Shown: piece after piece, positions 17,541-23,048 of the stretch
How the letters are laid out: each line of letters opens with the position of its first letter
Numbering within the stretch: the stretch's first letter is position 1
IMG/VR virus record: IMGVR_UViG_2651869692_000002
Length of the DNA stretch: 23,048 nucleotides
DNA from: a virus
Taxonomy: Duplodnaviria > Heunggongvirae > Uroviricota > Caudoviricetes
Reading direction: 5' to 3' (one strand)
Position numbers and translations under genes: made by a program
The notes under the pieces: generated by a model
The model's database searches: none
Told to the model about the DNA's origin: nothing
The model's input: the letters and a program-made list of their open reading frames with translations, nothing else

Positions 17541-18394
17541 GCACGTACTCCGTACACGGCAGAACTGTCCACGCCACGCGAATAATCAAATCCCACCCAG
17601 CAGCGCGGCCCGGAAACAGCAATGATTTCTGTTGCTGATTTACCCTCGCCAGCTGCCACACCGATGTTGCGTTTTGCCTTGATGTAGTGGTGAGTAAAAT
17701 TGCGATACAGCGAACGGATCAGGGATGTGTCACTGTTAGAAACAATGACCGGATGTCCTTCTGATGACCGATGTTCAAGAACGGATGCCAGGTGATACTG
17801 GTCATCTTCAGTGAAGCCGTCAGTGTGATAACCGGAAAACGTGCCGTCATACGGCGGATCGCAATACACCACATCCCCCGCCTTCAACATCGCCAGCGTT
17901 TCATCAAAGCTGGCGCAGATAAACGTTGCCCGCTGGGCTTTTTCTGCAAATGCGCGAATTTCTTTTTCAGGGAAATACGGATTTTTATAATTACCGTAGG
18001 GAATGTTGAAATGCCCGCTCTTGTTATAGCGACATAAACCACGGTAACCGTGACGATTGAGATACAGGAAATATACCGCTTTCATGAAATCAGTAATTTC
18101 AGTGGAGTAATTAAACTCCTGCCTTATGTTGTAATAAGCCACCTCCCTGTTTGCGATCTCAAATAAAACTCTGGCGCGAGATATAAACGATTCACAATCA
18201 GCGGCAACCTTTTTATAGAGGTTGATTAAATCAGGATTAATATCCGCAACCAGATAGCTGGGGTAATCCGTCTCCATCATCACAGCACAGGAACCCGCGA
18301 AAGGTTCAACCAGTCGCGGGCCAGCAGGAAGGTGTTTTTTCAGTTCGGACATAATGGCGGTTTTATTTCCCGCCCATTTCAGGATGGTGCTCAT
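17537..18394 (-). CDS. dam: DNA adenine (N6) methyltransferase, Dam-like
   Basis: ATG at 18394 ([11 protein letters not shown]...) with GGAGGTG RBS and ATGA overlap with the upstream gene; DPPY catalytic motif ([10 protein letters not shown]); the track ORF's 20 extra N-terminal residues are probably not translated. Confidence 0.85.
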   Translation of the reverse strand: MSTILKWAGNKTAIMSELKKHLPAGPRLVEPFAGSCAVMMETDYPSYLVADINPDLINLYKKVAADCESFISRARVLFEIANREVAYYNIRQEFNYSTEITDFMKAVYFLYLNRHGYRGLCRYNKSGHFNIPYGNYKNPYFPEKEIRAFAEKAQRATFICASFDETLAMLKAGDVVYCDPPYDGTFSGYHTDGFTEDDQYHLASVLEHRSSEGHPVIVSNSDTSLIRSLYRNFTHHYIKAKRNIGVAAGEGKSATEIIAVSGPRCWVGFDYSRGVDSSAVYGVRA

Positions 18395-18618
18395 ACAGCA
18401 CCTCCGTTGTAATGTTTGCCTTTCAGCTCTGCGATTTCCTGACAGGTAATGCAAAGCTGCACACCTGGAATGGCGCGGCGGCGTGCTGGCGGAATTGGCG
18501 CTTCACACTCAATGCAAAGCACGCGGGACACGCCCGGCGTTTTGGCACGGGCAGCACGGATATGGCGCTGGCGTTCTTCTTCAACGCGCTGCTGTACAAG
18601 ATCCATTGCATCAGCCAT
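18391..18618 (-). CDS. TraR/DksA-family C4 zinc-finger protein
   Basis: 75-aa ORF with C-x2-C ... C-x2-C (CIECEAPIPPARRRAIPGVQLCITCQ). Confidence 0.7.
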   Translation of the reverse strand: MADAMDLVQQRVEEERQRHIRAARAKTPGVSRVLCIECEAPIPPARRRAIPGVQLCITCQEIAELKGKHYNGGAV

Positions 18619-18851
18619 TAGTGGATCTCCTGCGCTTCGTTCTGGATTGCTTCAGCAGTTACACGCAGTAGTTCTGCTGCTTCGACGTGGTTTAGCTGGC
18701 GGGATGTGATATGACACGCCAGGCTATCAAGGCGAGCTGCCATTGCTTCAGCCCTTGCCCGGCGTTCTTCCAGACGAGCCTCTGTCAGTAAAATATTAAG
18801 CCCTGCATCATCCGGTCCGGTTTTAGTCGTGAGGGTTTCAATATTACGCAT
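18618..18851 (-). CDS. Hypothetical early-operon protein (77 aa)
   Basis: ATG at 18851 with AGGAG RBS; translationally coupled (TAATG) to the TraR-like gene. Confidence 0.5.
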   Translation of the reverse strand: MRNIETLTTKTGPDDAGLNILLTEARLEERRARAEAMAARLDSLACHITSRQLNHVEAAELLRVTAEAIQNEAQEIH

Positions 18852-18918
18852 AATCAATTCTCCTGAATTTAGATAAAGGGATACCCGGCGGGTTTACGCC
18901 ATTAATTTCATTAGTTGG

Positions 18919-19260
18919 TTAATTCGGCATGGTTAGCCGTCTTGGAAATAAGCTCACCACTGCACGAAAATGATTCATTGCTTTAATCAACTCCCGCTTT
19001 TCGTCAGTGGTCAGCTCATTAATGCTGATGCTATGACGTTCAGCTGGAATTTTTGCCATAAAGAATATAGCAGCCAGTGCCCGTTTATTTTGTTCGTTAT
19101 TGATATCCCGTGGTTCACGCATATCTTTAATAAACCGCTCAAGCTCTGACTCAATATTCAGGCCAAATACTTTCGCCCTTAACTCCGCAATATGGTTAAG
19201 TCCATTCAGGCGTTCACCGGGGCTTAATGGAACAGTCGCCGCAGCGCCTTCAATAGCCAT
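18919..19260 (-). CDS. Hypothetical early-operon protein (113 aa)
   Basis: ATG at 19260 with purine-rich RBS; embedded in a co-oriented, overlapping gene series. Confidence 0.5.
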   Translation of the reverse strand: MAIEGAAATVPLSPGERLNGLNHIAELRAKVFGLNIESELERFIKDMREPRDINNEQNKRALAAIFFMAKIPAERHSISINELTTDEKRELIKAMNHFRAVVSLFPRRLTMPN

Positions 19261-19424
19261 TTGTTCCCCCGTTTTTTCGTAGATAGTTCTGCCAGCAATT
19301 CATCTTGTGAACGGCACGGATGCCAGCGTTTACCATCCTCCCCCATGATCCAGCCGTGACCGTAGTGCATTGCCGGGCTTTGTTTTACCAGCAGCGATGC
19401 AAATGATGGTTCTTTCGTCAGCAT
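19224..19424 (-). CDS. Hypothetical small early protein (66 aa)
   Basis: ATG at 19424 (MLTKEPSF...) immediately after the cII stop, with GAGGTG overlapping that stop; track ORF extends 10 codons further. Confidence 0.4.
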   Translation of the reverse strand: MLTKEPSFASLLVKQSPAMHYGHGWIMGEDGKRWHPCRSQDELLAELSTKKRGNKWLLKALRRLFH

Positions 19425-19431
19425 AAGCACC

Positions 19432-19941
19432 TCACAGCAAACCGAATGACGCACCGAGGCCAGTTACAGTATCAACTGCACTTGCCATCGCAGGATTAGC
19501 CTGTAAACGGGCCTGCAATGAAACAGCCGCCAGCGCCATCAGTCGTGTTACAGAGTTAATGCTGCTGATGGCATCACGACGACCGGCACAGGTTTTTACA
19601 TCGCCAGATACCGCACCTGCAGCAACACGCCCGATCTCTGCGGTTGCACTCATGACGTAATGTGGCAGTTTCTCTTTTGCCACCTCATTAATCGGTACAC
19701 ATGGCAGACAATGAATCTGTGCCAGAAAACCATCTACCAGCGTTGAATCTTCAGTCAGATCGGTAAGCAGCCAGATTTCTGGTGCGGTTAATAAATGAGG
19801 CTGCGCTGGGTTCAGCTTGTTCCGCAGAATCTGCACATTCATGCCTGCACGTTCTGCCAGTTGCACCAGATTGTGGCGCAGTGCAAATGCACGACAGGCT
19901 TCATCAAAATGTGGATGTTTGGAAACTTGGTAATCAAACAT
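19432..19941 (-). CDS. cII: CII-like lysogeny-establishment transcription activator (phage 186 type)
   Basis: ATG at 19941 gives 169 aa, the length I recall for 186 CII; N-terminus [20 protein letters not shown]... resembles it; second gene of the rightward early operon. Confidence 0.65.
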   Translation of the reverse strand: MFDYQVSKHPHFDEACRAFALRHNLVQLAERAGMNVQILRNKLNPAQPHLLTAPEIWLLTDLTEDSTLVDGFLAQIHCLPCVPINEVAKEKLPHYVMSATAEIGRVAAGAVSGDVKTCAGRRDAISSINSVTRLMALAAVSLQARLQANPAMASAVDTVTGLGASFGLL

Positions 19942-19973
19942 GGTCAATACCTCTGATGTATTTCAGAATCGAA

Positions 19974-20195
19974 CTAATTAAGGTTTAGATTGCATTCTGA
20001 GAGCGCATCAACGGTCATGGCTGCTATGTTGATCATCACTTTTTCGCGTTTTTTATCTTTGCGCAAACGGTGACGGATAAGGCGTCCATCAGCCAACATG
20101 TCATTGATGGTATCGATGGACAGTCCTGTCAGCTCGCTATAGCGTTCAATAGTCACATGAGGCGTGGTAAGAGTGATTGAAATGTTAGGTCTCAT
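19974..20195 (-). CDS. apl: Apl/Cox-family excisionase and early-operon regulator
   Basis: 73-aa ORF, first gene divergent from the repressor; small HTH-like protein ([21 protein letters not shown]). Confidence 0.6.
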   Translation of the reverse strand: MRPNISITLTTPHVTIERYSELTGLSIDTINDMLADGRLIRHRLRKDKKREKVMINIAAMTVDALSECNLNLN

Positions 20196-20320
20196 GATGC
20201 AACATTCCTCGTTTAATGATGATTAATCAGGACGAATACGGATCGTTTGTATTTTGTGAACACCATAAACATACGATCGCACGATGAAATCGTCAAGATA
20301 AAAGTTCACTTGGAGTGACC
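20196..20320. promoter_or_regulatory. Lysis-lysogeny switch region (face-to-face/divergent promoters and operators between apl and cI)
   Basis: 125-bp AT-rich intergenic region between divergent apl and cI; contains short inverted repeats (TTAAT-GATG-ATTAA; GTGAAC ... GTTCAC) that could be operators. Confidence 0.5.
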
Positions 20321-20890
20321 ATGAATTTGGAGAAAGGCGGACGAGGCGCTATAGAGCGCATGGTAGAAGCTTATGGATTCAAAACTCGACAGGCGTTGTG
20401 CGATCATTTAGGAATCTCTAAAAGTACACTCGCTACACGCTACATGCGTGACTCATTCCCAGCAGAATGGGTAATCCAGTGCGCCCTTGAAACGGGCACC
20501 TCGCTTAATTGGCTCACAACTGGACATGGTTCAAAGCAAACTTCAGGTAATACAAATACGATGGAAGTTGCGAAATATGTATTATCTGATGGTGCCTTGC
20601 GTGAAGACGGTTTTTATATTTTTGATAAGGGATTTCTACCCTCTACGTTTAAAAAACCTTTTGTCATCACAGATAACAATTCTGAATTTATTTGTGATAA
20701 AGAATTTGATGATATACGTGATGGTAAATGGGTAATAAGTATTGATGGCGAAATAACAATCCGCGACATTACTCGTTTACCCGGTGGAAGAATCTTCGTT
20801 GAAGGTGGAAACAGAGCCTTCGAGTGCAAGATAGAAGATGTTGAAATAATTGGAAAAATTATAAGTTTAACAATTAAGTACGTTAGGTAA
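20321..20890 (+). CDS. cI: CI immunity repressor (phage 186 type)
   Basis: ATG at 20321 with GGAG RBS (track ORF starts at an upstream GTG); EAYGF...CALETG..L.WLTTG and ITIRDITRLPG...FECKI.D motifs resemble 186 CI. Confidence 0.8.
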   Translation: MNLEKGGRGAIERMVEAYGFKTRQALCDHLGISKSTLATRYMRDSFPAEWVIQCALETGTSLNWLTTGHGSKQTSGNTNTMEVAKYVLSDGALREDGFYIFDKGFLPSTFKKPFVITDNNSEFICDKEFDDIRDGKWVISIDGEITIRDITRLPGGRIFVEGGNRAFECKIEDVEIIGKIISLTIKYVR

Positions 20891-20905
20891 TACCGGGAGG
20901 AAACT

Positions 20906-21097
20906 ATGCTTGGTAAGGTATTTTTTGTGGTTTTATCATGCTCTTTGTTATTAAACCCACTAACTACCTATGCTAAAAATTATCCTTGTTCTGGGAAAAA
21001 GGGAGGTGTCTCTCACTGTACCTCCGATGGAAAGTTCGTTTGCAATGATGGAACTATTAGTAAATCAAAAAAAATCTGTACTAAAAACTCGCGATAA
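20906..21097 (+). CDS. Small secreted cysteine-rich protein (63 aa), moron between cI and int
   Basis: Strong GGGAGG RBS; N-terminal signal peptide (hydrophobic core, probable cleavage after TYA); mature part has 4 Cys; AT-rich. Confidence 0.5.
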   Translation: MLGKVFFVVLSCSLLLNPLTTYAKNYPCSGKKGGVSHCTSDGKFVCNDGTISKSKKICTKNSR

Positions 21098-21283
21098 TTT
21101 TTGCTTTTATATCTGCGCCTAATATAACAATGAGCCGCAGGCTAACCGCAAAAGTCACATACTCACATAGCAAAAAATAGCCAACTTCATTATGGCTTCA
21201 GTGAGATGTATGGTCGCAAGATTTCATACATTGACACTGGTTATACATACAGTAAAAATGCTCTCTATTGGAGGGCATTTTTT

Positions 21284-22315
21284 ATGGCAGTACGAAAACT
21301 CACCACAGGAAAATGGCTTTGCGAATGTTACCCCGCCGGACGTAGTGGGCGTCGTGTGCGTAAACAATTCGCCACCAAAGGCGAAGCACTGGCTTTTGAG
21401 CGTCACACGATGGAAGAAACCGAAGCAAAGCCCTGGCTGGGCGAATCAGTAGATCGTCGAACCCTGAAAGACGTGGTTGAGCTATGGTTCAAACTACATG
21501 GTAAATCTCTGACTGCTGGGCAGCATGTCTATGACAAATTGCTGCTGATGGTTGACGCTCTGGGCAATCCCCTTGCAACCGATCTCACATCTAAAATGTT
21601 TGCCCATTATCGAGATAAACGACTGACAGGTGAGATCTACTTCAGCGAGAAATGGAAGAAAGGGGCCAGCCCGGTCACCATTAACCTGGAGCAAAGCTAT
21701 CTAAGTAGTGTTTTTAGCGAACTATCCCGCCTGGGCGAATGGTCGTATCCAAACCCACTGGAGAACATGCGAAAATTCACCATCGCAGAAAAAGAGATGG
21801 CATGGCTTACCCATGAGCAGATTGTTGAACTGCTGGATGATTGCAAACGTCAGGACCCAATTCTGGCACTGGTAGTCAAGATATGCTTAAGCACAGGCGC
21901 ACGCTGGCGAGAAGCAATAAACCTTACCCGATCACAGGTGACCAAATACCGAATTACCTTTGTAAGAACGAAGGGGAAGAAAAACAGAAGCATCCCTATC
22001 AGTAAAGAGCTTTATGAAGAGATCATGGCGCTTGATGGGTTCAATTTCTTCACAGACTGCTATTTTCAATTTTTATCCGTGATGGAAAAAACGTCTATCG
22101 TGCTCCCTCGCGGTCAACTTACACACGTTCTGCGTCATACGTTTGCGGCGCATTTCATGATGTCGGGTGGAAACATCCTTGCTTTGCAAAAAATCCTCGG
22201 ACATCACGACATAAAAATGACTATGCGTTATGCTCATCTATCACCTGATCACTTAGAGACAGCTCTTCGTTTCAATCCACTGGCAACTTTGGATGTTACT
22301 AAATCAGATTCTTAA
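21284..22315 (+). CDS. int: Tyrosine integrase (P2/186 family)
   Basis: ATG at 21284 with GGAGGG RBS (track ORF has a 26-codon upstream extension); catalytic region VLRHTFAAHFMMSGGNILALQKILGHHDIKMTMRYAHL contains the H-x-x-R and Y motifs. Confidence 0.9.
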   Translation: MAVRKLTTGKWLCECYPAGRSGRRVRKQFATKGEALAFERHTMEETEAKPWLGESVDRRTLKDVVELWFKLHGKSLTAGQHVYDKLLLMVDALGNPLATDLTSKMFAHYRDKRLTGEIYFSEKWKKGASPVTINLEQSYLSSVFSELSRLGEWSYPNPLENMRKFTIAEKEMAWLTHEQIVELLDDCKRQDPILALVVKICLSTGARWREAINLTRSQVTKYRITFVRTKGKKNRSIPISKELYEEIMALDGFNFFTDCYFQFLSVMEKTSIVLPRGQLTHVLRHTFAAHFMMSGGNILALQKILGHHDIKMTMRYAHLSPDHLETALRFNPLATLDVTKSDS

Positions 22316-22325
22316 AGGTTCAAGC

Positions 22326-23048
22326 ATGGTTAAGTTTTTGTTTCAATTCCCAATATTCGACTTCTCCTTAACATTTGATATTATCGAGACGTTAATCACT
22401 CATAGCGAATCATCAATCGCTAAGGGCATAGCAGAATATAAAGACAAAGGACCTGAAGAATATATAATTGAAATATCTCCGGAAGATGGTGTATATCAGT
22501 CAATTGATCATTACATGGGACTCACCAGCTCATCGCTAGATCTCGATGAAATGTTTTTAGAATACTACCCAAGTATTATCCGCAGGTCAGTATTCTTAAC
22601 TATATTCGGAATTTTTGAGCACGAAATAGAAAAATTCTGTAACAACTTTGCTAATAGACATCATTCTCCTATAAATGTTTCAGATCTCAAAGGAAGTGGA
22701 TTTGAGAGGAGCCATCTATTTATCAAAAAAATGATAGGGATGAAGTCAACATCCCACTATTCGAATATCAAAAAAATAACAAAATTAAGAAACAGTTGTG
22801 CGCATAATGATGCAAAATACTTAGAAAACGATGGGCAAAATATTAAAAGCATTATTGAACTTATAGAAAAATATCCTGATTTTTTTAAAAAAGATGGAAA
22901 ACAGGTCCTATTTATGGGGGGCTCGTTAAGCATGATCTTGAACTCATTCAAAGAGTATCTTTCTGATGTTGAAAGAGCCTTAGATGAATTCGAAAAACAA
23001 AGCACTAGTGGCGACAAAGTGGCGGCAGCGGTTGGCATTACCCCGTAA
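22326..23048 (+). CDS. HEPN-motif protein (candidate RNase/abortive-infection-type effector); may alternatively start at 22293
   Basis: Very AT-rich ORF directly after int; canonical HEPN R-x4-H motif (RNSCAH at 22788-22805); final ~45 nt are abruptly GC-rich. Confidence 0.5.
   Translation: MVKFLFQFPIFDFSLTFDIIETLITHSESSIAKGIAEYKDKGPEEYIIEISPEDGVYQSIDHYMGLTSSSLDLDEMFLEYYPSIIRRSVFLTIFGIFEHEIEKFCNNFANRHHSPINVSDLKGSGFERSHLFIKKMIGMKSTSHYSNIKKITKLRNSCAHNDAKYLENDGQNIKSIIELIEKYPDFFKKDGKQVLFMGGSLSMILNSFKEYLSDVERALDEFEKQSTSGDKVAAAVGITP

Larger units (their letters stand above)
1..23048. mobile_element. P2/186-family prophage segment (structural, lysis, packaging, replication, lysogeny and integrase modules); left end continues beyond window start, right boundary not resolved
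   Basis: Conserved P2 gene order H-I-J-W-V-S-R-lysis-X-L-M-N-O / P-Q / A / cI-int recognised by protein similarity and synteny; integrase with R..HxxR..Y motifs at the right end. Confidence 0.85.

Noticed and set aside
21206-21283. Upstream extension of the integrase ORF (track start 21206)
   Set aside because: The ATG at 21284 has a GGAGGG RBS and yields the MAVRKL... N-terminus typical of P2-family integrases; the extension overlaps promoter-like AT-rich sequence
22316-22420. tRNA or tmRNA 3' fragment as integration target directly after int
   Set aside because: The sequence after the int stop is AT-rich and shows no tRNA-like acceptor/T-arm (no GGTTCGAnTCC-type motif or CCA end), so no RNA-gene att site can be supported here

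Overview
The window is almost entirely a P2/186-family temperate myovirus prophage from an enterobacterial-type genome, reverse-complemented relative to the canonical P2 map. Minus strand, high to low coordinates: scaffold O, major capsid N, terminase subunit M, head completion L, tail X, a holin / SAR-endolysin / LysA / LysB / LysC lysis cassette, tail completion R and S, baseplate V, W, J, I, and the N-terminal 372 codons of tail fibre H running off the window start. Plus strand, divergent from O: terminase ATPase P and portal Q. Past Q lies a ~2.8 kb AT-rich accessory island (12357-15125) holding a small two-gene module of unknown function, a probable cos site, an HNH-nuclease gene, and a LexA-box-controlled small-ORF plus DinI-like module. 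Then comes a 186-type early operon on the minus strand (apl, cII, three small unknown ORFs, TraR-like zinc finger, Dam methyltransferase, rolling-circle replication protein A), facing a 186-type CI repressor, a small secreted cysteine-rich moron and a tyrosine integrase on the plus strand. The window ends with a very AT-rich ORF carrying a canonical HEPN R-x4-H motif. The best candidates for an undescribed system are the HNH protein, the 199-aa + 59-aa module and the HEPN protein; none can be assigned to a named defence family from sequence alone. All calls rest on reading the sequence and recalled family features; no searches were run.
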